Below are positions 46,797 through 56,251 of a stretch of DNA of 64,000 nucleotides, piece after piece. A model generated the notes under the pieces. That model had not been told where the DNA came from and made no database searches. It saw nothing but the letters and a program-made list of their open reading frames with translations. The stretch covers positions 128,629-192,628 of the forward strand of contig CBFGKC010000005.1 in NCBI GenBank assembly GCA_965649265.1, read 5' to 3'. This DNA comes from a candidate division WOR-3 bacterium. Lineage in GTDB: Bacteria; Hydrothermota; Tepidihabitantia; B3-TA06. Position numbers and translations under genes: made by a program. The first letter of the stretch is position 1, and every line of letters starts with the position of its first letter.

Positions 46797-47077
46797 TAGG
46801 ACTCCTCGAGATAGAACTCCTCAATTCGGCCTCTCATTCTTTGAAGGATAAACGCAAGGATCTCACGAGTCTCATCCAGAAAATCCACAACGAGTTCAAC
46901 GTTTCCGCGGCGGAAGTCGAAGGCCAGGATACCTGGCAGCGTACAAAACTGGCAATCGCCGTCGTTTCAAACGACGCAAGACACAACAGCCAGGTTCTCG
47001 AAAGGGTCGTGGAGAGAATAAGATCAAGGCACCTCGAATGGCAGCTTCTCGATTTCCACATCAAGGAGGTTTTCTGA
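46793..47077 (+). CDS. ylxP: DUF503 family protein
   Basis: HSLKDKRK; FNVSAAEV..QDTWQR; between infB and rbfA. Confidence 0.9.
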   Translation: MIGLLEIELLNSASHSLKDKRKDLTSLIQKIHNEFNVSAAEVEGQDTWQRTKLAIAVVSNDARHNSQVLERVVERIRSRHLEWQLLDFHIKEVF

Positions 47078-47119
47078 TGCCGGGCACTGCTGAAGGAGCA
47101 TGCGGACCGGGAGCGCGGA

Positions 47120-47476
47120 ATGCCTGAACGGCCGCGCAGGGTGGCCGCGCTCATAAAGCAGAACGTGGCGACGATAATACTCGAGGAATTCACGAGGCCC
47201 GAGATGCAGTGGATAACAATCACCGACTGTGTCATGACCCGCGATCTCAAGCGCGCCGACCTTTACTTTTCGTCGGTCGAGCAGCGTCTTGCGCACCAGG
47301 AAGCGGAAAAAATACTGGAGGAGGAGAAAGGGCAAATCAAGCGCAAGCTTGCCGCGCGGATCATTCTGAAGTACATGCCCGACCTTCGCTTCAAATGGGA
47401 TGACACCGTCCTTATCGACCAGAAGATTCAAGAGATAAAGAATGCAGAGCGAAAAGATTCTACAGATATTACGTGA
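47120..47476 (+). CDS. rbfA: Ribosome-binding factor A
   Basis: R..RVA.LIK; TITD..MT.DL..A; LKYMPDLRF..D. Confidence 0.92.
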   Translation: MPERPRRVAALIKQNVATIILEEFTRPEMQWITITDCVMTRDLKRADLYFSSVEQRLAHQEAEKILEEEKGQIKRKLAARIILKYMPDLRFKWDDTVLIDQKIQEIKNAERKDSTDIT

Positions 47477-48398
47477 AGGGAAAAAATTCTGGGTCTCCAC
47501 ACACATAGACCCGGACGGAGACTCCGTTGCTTCGGTACTCCTCATGGGACGCCTTCTGAAACATCTCGATAAAGAATACGCAATTTATCTTCACGATGCA
47601 ATTCCTCATAAATTTCATTTCCTGGCGGGAACCGGCGAGATTACCTGCAAGGAACCCGGGTTTGCGCCGGACACCGTCATTACGGTGGATCTGCCCGATC
47701 TTGTAAGACTTGGATACGTCCCGCCAAAGGCAAGAATCGTCAACATCGATCACCATCCATCTAACGAAAATTACGGCGAATTCAACTGGATTGACGTAAA
47801 CCGCACGGCCGCCTGCGTCATGGTTCTGGAACTTCTGAATCTCGCGAGGGCTCCGCTCTCAAAAGCCGAAGGTGATTACGTCTTTACCGGAATCTACACG
47901 GAAACAGGCGGGTTTTCATACCCCAACGTTTCGGTGGAGACGTTCAAGGTCGCCTCCATGATGCTCGAGCTGGGAGTGGATGCGGCCGACATCGCCCTGC
48001 GGATGACGGCCCGGGACAAGCGAAATCTGGCCCTCCTCGGAAAGGTCCTTGCAACGTTAAAGATCGAGGACAAGGTCGCAACGATTGAACTGACGGAAAA
48101 GATGCTCCTTGACGCGGGAATAAACCACGCCGAGCAAGATTCCGACAGCTTCATCCGCTACCCGGTCTCGATTCCCGGCGTCAAGATGGCCCTCTTTTTT
48201 CGAGAGAATTCCGCATCGGGTGAAGTGAGGATAAGCTTTCGCTCGCTTGCAGGCGTTGACGTCAACATGCTCGCCTCCCGATTCGGGGGAGGGGGGCATC
48301 AGAACGCCGCCGGAGCGCGCGTCAAGGGAACCTACGACGATGTCAAGCGAAGGGTTCTCGAAGAAGCCAGGGGATACCTTTCGTGCGCGGGGGATTGA
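47442..48398 (+). CDS. nrnA: DHH family nanoRNase / pAp phosphatase
   Basis: HIDPDGD; NIDHH; ETGGF; SFRS; FGGGGH..AAG. Confidence 0.92.
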   Translation: MQSEKILQILREGKKFWVSTHIDPDGDSVASVLLMGRLLKHLDKEYAIYLHDAIPHKFHFLAGTGEITCKEPGFAPDTVITVDLPDLVRLGYVPPKARIVNIDHHPSNENYGEFNWIDVNRTAACVMVLELLNLARAPLSKAEGDYVFTGIYTETGGFSYPNVSVETFKVASMMLELGVDAADIALRMTARDKRNLALLGKVLATLKIEDKVATIELTEKMLLDAGINHAEQDSDSFIRYPVSIPGVKMALFFRENSASGEVRISFRSLAGVDVNMLASRFGGGGHQNAAGARVKGTYDDVKRRVLEEARGYLSCAGD

Positions 48399-49276
48399 CT
48401 ATATCTAAACCCGGGGGAATGAGCTCGTTCGACGTGATAAGGCATTTAAGAAAAATTCTTCCGAGGGGAACTAAACTCGGCCACGCCGGGACACTTGACC
48501 CGGCAGCAGAGGGGCTCCTGCTCGTCCTTGTAGGCGAAGCCACACGCGTGCAGCATCTGTTGAAGGACCTCGACAAGGAATACGTGGCCGGTGTCAGGCT
48601 CGGCCTGGAGACCGACACCCTTGACAAAGAAGGCAAGGTGTTGAGAGAGGAACCAGTTGGAGATATTGATGAGGAAACCCTCAGGAGAGCACTCGAAGGG
48701 CTCAAGGGAAAAAGGATGCAGCGCCCTCCCGCGTTTTCAGCCATCAAGGTCGAAGGAAGGCGTTCATATGAAAGGGCCAGAGCGGGCGAGGATTTTGAGC
48801 TAAAGGAGAGGGAGGTGGTGATACACGATATCGAGATGCTTGGCTGGGAAAATCCGGTTCTTGCGATCAAAACACGCGTCTCATCCGGGACATACATCCG
48901 CTCGCTCGCTAAAGAGATAGGCACCGCTCTCGGGCTGCCTGCCTCGCTTGAGTATCTGAAACGGACACGCATAGGGCCTTTATCTCTTGAGGATGCCCGC
49001 GAGCTTGAAGACCTTTCTCTCGAAAGATTGGAGGAGGTTCTGATCCCGTTGAAGGAACTCCTCAGGCATCTCCCACAGGAGGAAGTCGACGATGAAACGA
49101 CGGCGAGGCTTCTGCAGGGGAAGCCTGTGACCACAGGGGTCGGGCCCGCGATCATGACCTCTCCGCAAAGCGTGCTTTTTTCCAGGAACGACCGCAGGGC
49201 GTTCCTCTGCGAGTCAAGGGACGGCAAGCTTTGGTCAAGAAGGCTTTTGTACGACGATGGGGCTTTCAATGCGTGA
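48383..49276 (+). CDS. truB: tRNA pseudouridine(55) synthase
   Basis: KP.GMSSFDV; GHAGTLDP.AEGLL; PP.FSAIK; SGTYIRSL. Confidence 0.96.
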   Translation: MRGGLTISKPGGMSSFDVIRHLRKILPRGTKLGHAGTLDPAAEGLLLVLVGEATRVQHLLKDLDKEYVAGVRLGLETDTLDKEGKVLREEPVGDIDEETLRRALEGLKGKRMQRPPAFSAIKVEGRRSYERARAGEDFELKEREVVIHDIEMLGWENPVLAIKTRVSSGTYIRSLAKEIGTALGLPASLEYLKRTRIGPLSLEDARELEDLSLERLEEVLIPLKELLRHLPQEEVDDETTARLLQGKPVTTGVGPAIMTSPQSVLFSRNDRRAFLCESRDGKLWSRRLLYDDGAFNA

Positions 49277-50150
49277 TCGAGCGGTGGCTATAGGAGTTTT
49301 CGACGGTGTGCACAAGGGCCACGCTTCGCTGCTCAACGTGCTGGTAACCAGGGCCCGCGCCATGGATATCATGCCTGCCGTCATCACGTTCGATCCCCCG
49401 CCGGCACTCTACTTTAATCATCACTTCAATTTCATATTGACGTCGAGGAGCGAGAAGGAGGAACTGCTCAAGGCTCATGGGATTAATGAGGTTTCCTTTC
49501 TCGATTTTGCAGAAGTCGTCAACACCGCTCCGCAGGATTTTATAGACGAGGAACTTTACAAACGAAAAGCGCGATTGGTGATAGTCGGCAAGGATTTTCA
49601 CTTCGGCAAGGAGAGGAAAGGCAGTGAAAGAACACTGGTGGAAGCGGGCAAGACGATGGGGTTTGACGTAGTGATATGCTCGATGAAGAAAATAGAGGGA
49701 GAGATCGTAAGCGCAACCCGCATCAGGGAGCTTCTCCTTTTAGGGCATATGGAAAGAGCCAACGCCCTGCTGGGCTACGAGTATTTCACGAGCGTCAAGC
49801 CGCAAAAAGGGTTAGGCAGGGCAGGGTCGATGCTCGACACACCTACCCTGAATTTCTCGTCCATCGAAGAACACAAGCTCCTGCCGCCCGACGGGGTATA
49901 CGCCGTAAGATTCGGCATCAGTCGGAAGCACGGCATCTGCTACGTCGGTGCAAGCCCGACATTCGGCGACACCGTTCACCGCATTGAGGTCCATATCCTT
50001 GAAGGCTTTGTTAAGGAGGAGGAGGGGGAATCAAGGGTGGCCTTCGTCTCGAGGCTCAGACCCGACATGAAATTTGATACCATTGACGCTCTTAAGAAAC
50101 AAATTGAGGAAGACAAGGAGCATGCAAGGAGGTTATTATCCCGAAGCTAG
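49269..50150 (+). CDS. ribF: Bifunctional riboflavin kinase / FAD synthetase
   Basis: GVFDGVHKGH; G.DF.FG; SATRIR; PTLN; GVYA; IEVH; LRP. Confidence 0.93.
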   Translation: MRDRAVAIGVFDGVHKGHASLLNVLVTRARAMDIMPAVITFDPPPALYFNHHFNFILTSRSEKEELLKAHGINEVSFLDFAEVVNTAPQDFIDEELYKRKARLVIVGKDFHFGKERKGSERTLVEAGKTMGFDVVICSMKKIEGEIVSATRIRELLLLGHMERANALLGYEYFTSVKPQKGLGRAGSMLDTPTLNFSSIEEHKLLPPDGVYAVRFGISRKHGICYVGASPTFGDTVHRIEVHILEGFVKEEEGESRVAFVSRLRPDMKFDTIDALKKQIEEDKEHARRLLSRS

Positions 50151-51418
50151 ATGTCGGAGCCTTTTTCAGGCTTTTTAAGAACCGTAACTTCCTCCTTTTC
50201 GTGATAGCCAACATGGTCTCGCAGATAGGCGACCGCTTCACCCAGATGGCTTTCATTGAACTTCTCGGGAAGGAATTCTTCGGAAGCTTCTCCGCCTTCG
50301 GCGGCGTCGCGGTCGTGTTCACGCTGCCGTCTATTTTGCTCGGACCGGTTTCAGGCCCGCTGATCGACTCGTGGCGCAAAAAACGCGTTCTCTTATTCGG
50401 CGACGCGGCAAGGGCGGTGCTCATCGCGGCGCTCCCACTGGTCTATCTTGCCTCCGGCAACCTTTTCTGGATGTTCGCGGTAGCCCTGGTGGTTTACGTG
50501 TTCGGGTTCTTCTTTTCCAGCGCCCGGCTCGCCTTTGTCCCCCTGATTGTGGGAAACGAGGAGTTCCTTCAGGCCAACGCCGCAAATTTGACCATACTGC
50601 GGGTTGCGACAGGAATCGGCACCCTTGCGGGCGGACTCGCGGTTTCATGGCTGGGATGGAGGGTAGGTTTTCTGTTCGACGCTTCGACATACGTCATTTC
50701 CTTTTTGCTGATTCTTTTCGTCAAGGTGGACGAGAAACCTCTGGTTCTCCATGCAAAAGATGCCCTTACGGAAACCGGCGAAGCGCTTTTGGCTTACCTG
50801 AAGAAAGTCGGGGAGGGGATTCGTTTCATGGTCGGAACCAGAACCATGGGCTTTGTGATGAGCTCCATTTTGGCCCTCTTTTTCGTCTCAGGCGTCGCTT
50901 TCACCGTCATCGTGCCTACTGTCCAGCAGACCCTTGCCATGGGAACGCTCGGAGTCACGCTTCTTGCCGCCGCCGCTGCGGGAGGTATGTTCCTGGGACC
51001 CTTGCTGACAGGCCTTCTCGGTTCGGCCTTCAACCGGAAACGTCTGATAATCGTTTCCTACCTTTTACTCGGCTGTCTTTTCGCGCTGGGGATCGTATGG
51101 ATACACTGGGTAATGATGACCGTCGTCGTATTCATGGCGGGAATCCTTTTCTCGGCAATAAACATATCGCAGGACACGATGATACAGGAACGCATCCCGC
51201 AAGAAGCACGGGGCCGGATGTTCGCCTGGAGAGAAATGCTTGCAAGCCTTGCTTTTCTGGCGACGGCGGTCCCCGCGGGATTCGTCGCTGAAAAAATTCC
51301 GTTCCAGTACGTACTCCTCGCCGTCGGCGGAATTCTCGTTCTCTTCGGTCTCGTCTGGATGCTTTTCGTCTGGAACGGCAAGGAAGAAAAAGAAGTAATC
51401 GTAGGAGGTCAAGAATGA
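50138..51418 (+). CDS. MFS transporter (DHA3-like), probable ATC/ATT start
   Basis: The frame is open upstream of the track GTG 50201 and encodes LFKNRNFLLF..VSQIGD; SD AAGGAGGT at 50126; G.LIDSW.KK motif. Confidence 0.85.
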   Translation: MPKLDVGAFFRLFKNRNFLLFVIANMVSQIGDRFTQMAFIELLGKEFFGSFSAFGGVAVVFTLPSILLGPVSGPLIDSWRKKRVLLFGDAARAVLIAALPLVYLASGNLFWMFAVALVVYVFGFFFSSARLAFVPLIVGNEEFLQANAANLTILRVATGIGTLAGGLAVSWLGWRVGFLFDASTYVISFLLILFVKVDEKPLVLHAKDALTETGEALLAYLKKVGEGIRFMVGTRTMGFVMSSILALFFVSGVAFTVIVPTVQQTLAMGTLGVTLLAAAAAGGMFLGPLLTGLLGSAFNRKRLIIVSYLLLGCLFALGIVWIHWVMMTVVVFMAGILFSAINISQDTMIQERIPQEARGRMFAWREMLASLAFLATAVPAGFVAEKIPFQYVLLAVGGILVLFGLVWMLFVWNGKEEKEVIVGGQE

Positions 51419-52098
51419 ACACCTTGTTCTTGATTTTTAGTGTTTCCTTGTTCGCAGGCGCACCAAGGATCGAGTTCTCCGAGCCGAGTTTCGACTTCGG
51501 CTACGCCCTTGTCGCGCAAAACTATCGCCACAAGTTCTGGATATACAACAGGGGCGACGCAACGCTCAAAATCCACGGCGTGCGGACTTTTTGTGGATGT
51601 TCGACTACAGAGCTTTCAAAGAGAGACATCGAGCCGGGCGACAGCGCCTCTTTCGAATTCATTTACGACACCCAGGGATTCTTCTCAGAATGTGTCAAGT
51701 GGGCTTACGTGAGATCCAACGACCCCCTGGATACATTGACGAAATTCAACGTGACGGCAAGGCTTTACGAGGACTACACGAGAACACCCTTCGAGATAAG
51801 CCCCGCTTCGCTTCTCTTCGGACGAATGGATTCCCTGAAAGAAGAAATGGAGCTCAAAATCAAAAACAAGTCTGGAACCGCCTATTCCATAACACTCATC
51901 GAGAGCCCGGTCGCGCTTGAAAAGGTGGATTTCACCCGGCGTCTGCTGAACCCCGGCGAAGAAATAACTCTTGCACTCAGGCCGCAGGCAGGCGTAAAGG
52001 ACGATAAGCTCTTTAAATCCTGCCTTACCTTCGAGGCTGCTGCTCCCACCGAAATAGTGAGATTTTCGGTACCACTGGTCGTAATTCCCGTGCGTTGA
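51415..52098 (+). CDS. DUF1573 (Ig-like, CGC) secreted protein
   Basis: FDFG; N.G...L.I..V.T.CGC; I.PG; V.SND. Confidence 0.82.
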   Translation: MNTLFLIFSVSLFAGAPRIEFSEPSFDFGYALVAQNYRHKFWIYNRGDATLKIHGVRTFCGCSTTELSKRDIEPGDSASFEFIYDTQGFFSECVKWAYVRSNDPLDTLTKFNVTARLYEDYTRTPFEISPASLLFGRMDSLKEEMELKIKNKSGTAYSITLIESPVALEKVDFTRRLLNPGEEITLALRPQAGVKDDKLFKSCLTFEAAAPTEIVRFSVPLVVIPVR

Positions 52099-52227
52099 TT
52101 TTTCGGGGCAAATTTCTGAAAACTTCACAGATCCGTAACTTTGTATAACTTCCGCACTCCTGAAAGGTTGACATACGGCGGTTTGACGCGTATAGTTATA
52201 CAGTGGAGATAAACCCAAGGAGGTATA

Positions 52228-52698
52228 GTGCCTGGTTTAATGGATGAATTGCAAGGGGCACTGATAAGATTGAATCAATCCGCTCCTGAGATACGCGCGT
52301 CGGCTTTTATCAGCCTTGACGGTCTTATGCTGGCTTCAGCCATACCTCAAGGAACAAACGAGGACGCCATAGCCGCAATGAGCGCAACCGTACTGGCGCT
52401 GGGCGAACGGACCACGCGAGAATTCTCCGTAGGTGCTTTGGATCAGATTTACTTCAGAGGAATGGATGGTTACATACTCTTTCAAGGAGCCGGCGATGAC
52501 GGGGTTCTTGTTACCGTTACAGGGCAAAATGCGAAACTCGGGATACTCTTTCTTCTGACTAAACGCACGGTAGACGAGATTCGCCTTCTCGTACGAAAAG
52601 CCATAACACCTCAACCTATCCAGACGCCCTTCCGGCAGCAGGAGCCGCCGCAGACCCAGGGTCAAGGTCCCGCGACTACCGTTCCCTGGGGTATCTGA
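52228..52698 (+). CDS. Roadblock/LC7 (MglB-like) protein
   Basis: S.DGL.LAS; AAMSA..L.LGER; G..GY; AKLG; SD AAGGAGGT; promoter at 52168. Confidence 0.9.
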   Translation: MPGLMDELQGALIRLNQSAPEIRASAFISLDGLMLASAIPQGTNEDAIAAMSATVLALGERTTREFSVGALDQIYFRGMDGYILFQGAGDDGVLVTVTGQNAKLGILFLLTKRTVDEIRLLVRKAITPQPIQTPFRQQEPPQTQGQGPATTVPWGI

Positions 52699-52704
52699 TA
52701 AAAT

Positions 52705-53739
52705 ATGGCTGAAGGAGAGGATCGAAAAAAAGCGTCCGAAAGACCCAAGCTCAACATGGGCGGGTCGCTTGGTGCGCTTCCTACCGAAAACCTCCTTCAG
52801 ATGATAGGCAACTTGCGCCTTTCCGCGCGGCTTTTGTTGGAAGACCCTTCGACAAAGGAATTCTGCCTTCTCACTTTTCGCGAGGGCGAACTTGCCCCCG
52901 AGCTTGAAAGTTCACACTATCCTTCCCTCGTCGAAGCCCTCTCTGAAGACCCCGCACTCGATAAGCAGCATCTGAGCGAGCTTGTGGTCGCTCACTCGGA
53001 GCTTCCCTTGTGGAACCGCATTCTCGTGGCCGGGATTACCGACAGGGAAACGCTCAAGAATTATCTGATTGACGGTGTGCGCCTGACGCTTAAGAAATTC
53101 AGCAATCTCGGCGGGTTGCATTTTGAACTCGCGCCCGTACCAACGGAAAGGCTCGGCACCGCTCAGGGCTTTTCGGTATCCGAGATCTGCGCACTGGCAA
53201 GGAGGCCAAGGGATGTGGCTTCGGCCGTCAAGCCCGTTGTCGAGACAATGCCGGTTACGGCTCCCTCAGCGAACGTCCCCTCTCCCCCCCCTCCCGACAC
53301 GCAGCCATCATTAAAGCCCGAGACCGCCGACAGAGCGGCCCCAAAAGGCATATCAACCGTGATCGAACCCAGTGAGTGGACCGATCTGCTCGTGCAACTC
53401 AGAGAAGCGGTTACCGGTATGCTGGCTTGCTTTCTTCTTGATATAAACTCTCAGGCGGTTAAGGCTTCCTCCGCGACACCGATGCTGGACGATAATCCCG
53501 ACTTTCATTTCATAAACAAACAGGTTTTCGAGAAAATCCACTCCGTGACTGACGACGTGTTCAACGTCAACGAGCTTTTGCTCCTGACCGACGAGTACGT
53601 CATCGGAATCAATTACCTTACCAAGAAACACTCCCTCCTGGCTATATGCCGGAAGGGAACGCCGCTGGGCCTGCTCCTTACCGGCCTCAGACGGGCCGCC
53701 CAGAGAGCCAAAGCACTTCTAAAAGAAGGAGACTCGTGA
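52705..53739 (+). CDS. DUF4388-like domain + Pro-rich linker + roadblock-like domain
   Basis: GSL..LP..LLQMI....S.RL; F.EG; C-terminal PLGLLL. Confidence 0.7.
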   Translation: MAEGEDRKKASERPKLNMGGSLGALPTENLLQMIGNLRLSARLLLEDPSTKEFCLLTFREGELAPELESSHYPSLVEALSEDPALDKQHLSELVVAHSELPLWNRILVAGITDRETLKNYLIDGVRLTLKKFSNLGGLHFELAPVPTERLGTAQGFSVSEICALARRPRDVASAVKPVVETMPVTAPSANVPSPPPPDTQPSLKPETADRAAPKGISTVIEPSEWTDLLVQLREAVTGMLACFLLDINSQAVKASSATPMLDDNPDFHFINKQVFEKIHSVTDDVFNVNELLLLTDEYVIGINYLTKKHSLLAICRKGTPLGLLLTGLRRAAQRAKALLKEGDS

Positions 53740-54263
53740 ATCAAGTCAAGGTCGTAATCGTAGGTAAGGACGAGGCGGGCAAATCGACTCTCGTGCAGAA
53801 CATAATACCGAGCGCCATGAACATCGAGCGCCAGGGCCGCACCATTGCCCTCGACTACGGCAACAAGGAGCACATGGGCTACAAGCTTCACCTTTTCGGC
53901 ACACCCGGCCAGACCCGGTTCCGCGTCGTGCGTGACGTCATTTCGAGAGGGATGGACATTGCCGTTTGGGTGCTGGATTATTCCAGACGGTTCGACGAGC
54001 GCGATCAGGATATACTCGATTTCCTTAATGATTCAAAGGTACCCTTCATTGTTTTCGCGAACATCAAACCGGGCGTTCAAAAAGAGCGGCGCAAGGTTAC
54101 AAGGCTGATAGGGGAACCGGAGGGCCTTAAAGGTATAATCATCGGCTCCGCCAAATCCGGCTTCCGGGTCATAGAACTCATGGACGAGATAATCAAGGTG
54201 CTGGAATCAACAGGCAGGCCCAACCATAAGTGGGACAAAATTTCTGAACCTCTGCCCGAGTGA
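53736..54263 (+). CDS. Small Ras-like GTPase (MglA/CvnD-like)
   Basis: GKDEAGKST; TIALDYG; LFGTPGQTRF; atypical G4 ANIK; GSA; GTG overlaps the upstream stop. Confidence 0.88.
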   Translation: MNQVKVVIVGKDEAGKSTLVQNIIPSAMNIERQGRTIALDYGNKEHMGYKLHLFGTPGQTRFRVVRDVISRGMDIAVWVLDYSRRFDERDQDILDFLNDSKVPFIVFANIKPGVQKERRKVTRLIGEPEGLKGIIIGSAKSGFRVIELMDEIIKVLESTGRPNHKWDKISEPLPE

Positions 54264-54281
54264 CCTGCCCGCCCGTACCCC

Positions 54282-54400
54282 CCCCGTAACACACACCCGT
54301 AACACATACCCGTAACACACCCGCCCCCTCTAGGGAGCTCTCATATGCAGCTTGGGTACAAGGAAATAACACACGCCCGTAACACACCCGTAACACACGC
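54282..54400 (+). repeat. CCCGTAACA(CA)n repeats flanking a conserved core also seen at 26015-26063
   Basis: Five CCCGTAACA-like units around TAGGGAGCTCTCATATGCAGCTT...AAGGAAATAAC. Confidence 0.8.
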
Positions 54401-54539
54401 ACCTTTGAGGTGGCGTATGCGCAGTTTCATTAATTTGAAAATAACACTCCGGCACTCTCAAGTATTAGTAACTACATACATCCTTAAAATACGGACTTAT
54501 GTCAAGTCCATTTACAAAAGAGTTATTACGAGTTGCGGA

Positions 54540-55367
54540 TCAGCTTGAGGCTTGCGTTCGCCTAGCCCGCTTTCTTGAATACAAGGGTGAGAAGAGGAGC
54601 GAGATGAGGAAGATCACGGTGGCAAGCAGGACTATGGTTGCCCCGGACGGTGTATCGAGCCAGTATGATATGACGAGACCGCCGACTGCGGAGACCAATC
54701 CGAATCCAAGAGAGAGACCCAGCACCGTTCGGTAGTTAAGGCTCCACTGTCTTGCCGTGGCCGCAGGCAGGACGAGAAGCGCCGAGACGAGGATCACGCC
54801 GACGATTTTGATCGCCGCGACTATGCCGAGCGCGATCATTGCCAGAAGAAGGTAATAGAGGAAACCCTCGGGAATTCCCGAGGCGCGGGCGAGCTCCGGG
54901 TCAAAGCTTGTGGCAAGAAGCTCCTTGAAGAAAAGGGTGATGAGAAATACCACGACGAGAGCGACACCCGCGATAAGCCACAGGTCGAGCGCAGTGACGG
55001 CGAGAATGGAGCCGAACAGATAACTTATCGCGTCCGCGGCATAACCTCGCTTGAGCGCGAGGAACAGGACGCCCAGTGCCATTCCTGCGGCGGAAAAGAT
55101 TCCTATGCTCGTGTCCTCCCTTACGAGCCCTCGTCTTGTCACCGCTCCGATTCCGAGTCCTGCGGCAATGGAGAACAACGCGGCGGAAATGAAGATGGGG
55201 ATGTTAAGGAACGCGCCGAGGCCGACCCCACCGAAAGCCGCGTGCTCGATGCCGACACCCATGAAGCTCATGCGGCGAAGAACGACGAAGAACCCGAGCA
55301 GGGAAAGGAGGAGGGATACGAGTACGCCCGCGACAAGCGCGCGCTGCATGAAAGCGGCCTCAAACAT
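54540..55367 (-). CDS. znuB: Zn/Mn ABC transporter permease
   Basis: VVLRRMSF.G..I.H.A.GG; YLFGSIL; SFD.E.A; VG.ILV.ALL. Confidence 0.9.
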   Translation of the reverse strand: MFEAAFMQRALVAGVLVSLLLSLLGFFVVLRRMSFMGVGIEHAAFGGVGLGAFLNIPIFISAALFSIAAGLGIGAVTRRGLVREDTSIGIFSAAGMALGVLFLALKRGYAADAISYLFGSILAVTALDLWLIAGVALVVVFLITLFFKELLATSFDPELARASGIPEGFLYYLLLAMIALGIVAAIKIVGVILVSALLVLPAATARQWSLNYRTVLGLSLGFGLVSAVGGLVISYWLDTPSGATIVLLATVIFLISLLFSPLYSRKRARRTQASS

Positions 55368-55369
55368 CG

Positions 55370-56251
55370 TTATTCCTTTACGGCTCCGTTTGCTCTCTTG
55401 CGCTTATGCTGCGTCTTTAAGGAATTTTCCTGCGGTTTTTCGGGGTGTGAGGAAATCTTGGGGTCCCCGTGACGGTGCGTAGCAGCGTCAAGGGGTGTAT
55501 GATTTGACACCATCCGGTGTGGAACCTGCCCGTGGATGACAGCTTCCACCTGCCCGCCGTACACCCGCTCGAAATGCCCCTCGTCCCAGACGTCGGAAGG
55601 ACAGGCGTGCATGTGTACGGTCGTCGAAACGCACGAAACGTCGTCTACGAATCGCGGCACAACGGCGAGATCGTGGCTGGCGACAAGTACCGTGAGCGAG
55701 AATTCCTGCTTGAGCTCGTTGAGCAAGGTGTAGAATCGGTCCTTGGCTTCGACGTCTGCGCCCGAAGTGGGCTCATCCAGAAGAAGAAGCCGCGGCTCGG
55801 ACGCGAGCGCCCGGGCGATCGAGACGCGCTGCTTCTGCCCGCCGGAAAGGGTCCCCAGCGGCTTTTGCGCCTTGTCTGAAAGTCCGACGCGATCGAGCAT
55901 CGCCCGCGCGATATCATGATCATTCCTCGATACCCCCCTGGCGAGTCCGAGACGGGCGTAGCGCCCCATGAGGACTACGTCGAGGGCGCTGACCGGAAAG
56001 CGCCAGTCAACTTCGCTTTCCTGGGGCACGTAGGCGATATCTTGCTTTTTTAGCCCGTGATATTCGACACGCCCCTCTGTCGGCGCGAGCAGACCGACAA
56101 TCACTCGCAGGAGAGTGGTCTTCCCGCCTCCGTTCGGGCCTATGAGCGCCATGGCTGTACCGCTTGTTACATCAAGGTTGACCCCGGCGAGCGCATCCAC
56201 CTCGCCGAATCTTACGGAGACATTCTTGAGACCCACGAGGACTTCACTCAT
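55370..56251 (-). CDS. znuC: Zn/Mn ABC transporter ATPase
   Basis: GPNGGGKTT; YVPQ; LSGGQKQR; LLLDEP; SHD. Confidence 0.92.
   Translation of the reverse strand: MSEVLVGLKNVSVRFGEVDALAGVNLDVTSGTAMALIGPNGGGKTTLLRVIVGLLAPTEGRVEYHGLKKQDIAYVPQESEVDWRFPVSALDVVLMGRYARLGLARGVSRNDHDIARAMLDRVGLSDKAQKPLGTLSGGQKQRVSIARALASEPRLLLLDEPTSGADVEAKDRFYTLLNELKQEFSLTVLVASHDLAVVPRFVDDVSCVSTTVHMHACPSDVWDEGHFERVYGGQVEAVIHGQVPHRMVSNHTPLDAATHRHGDPKISSHPEKPQENSLKTQHKRKRANGAVKE

Noticed and set aside
50371-51291. Long alternative-frame and antisense ORFs (also 9819-10682, 23028-23843, 60669-61484)
   Set aside because: Shadow ORFs expected from GC-rich codon bias over well-supported genes
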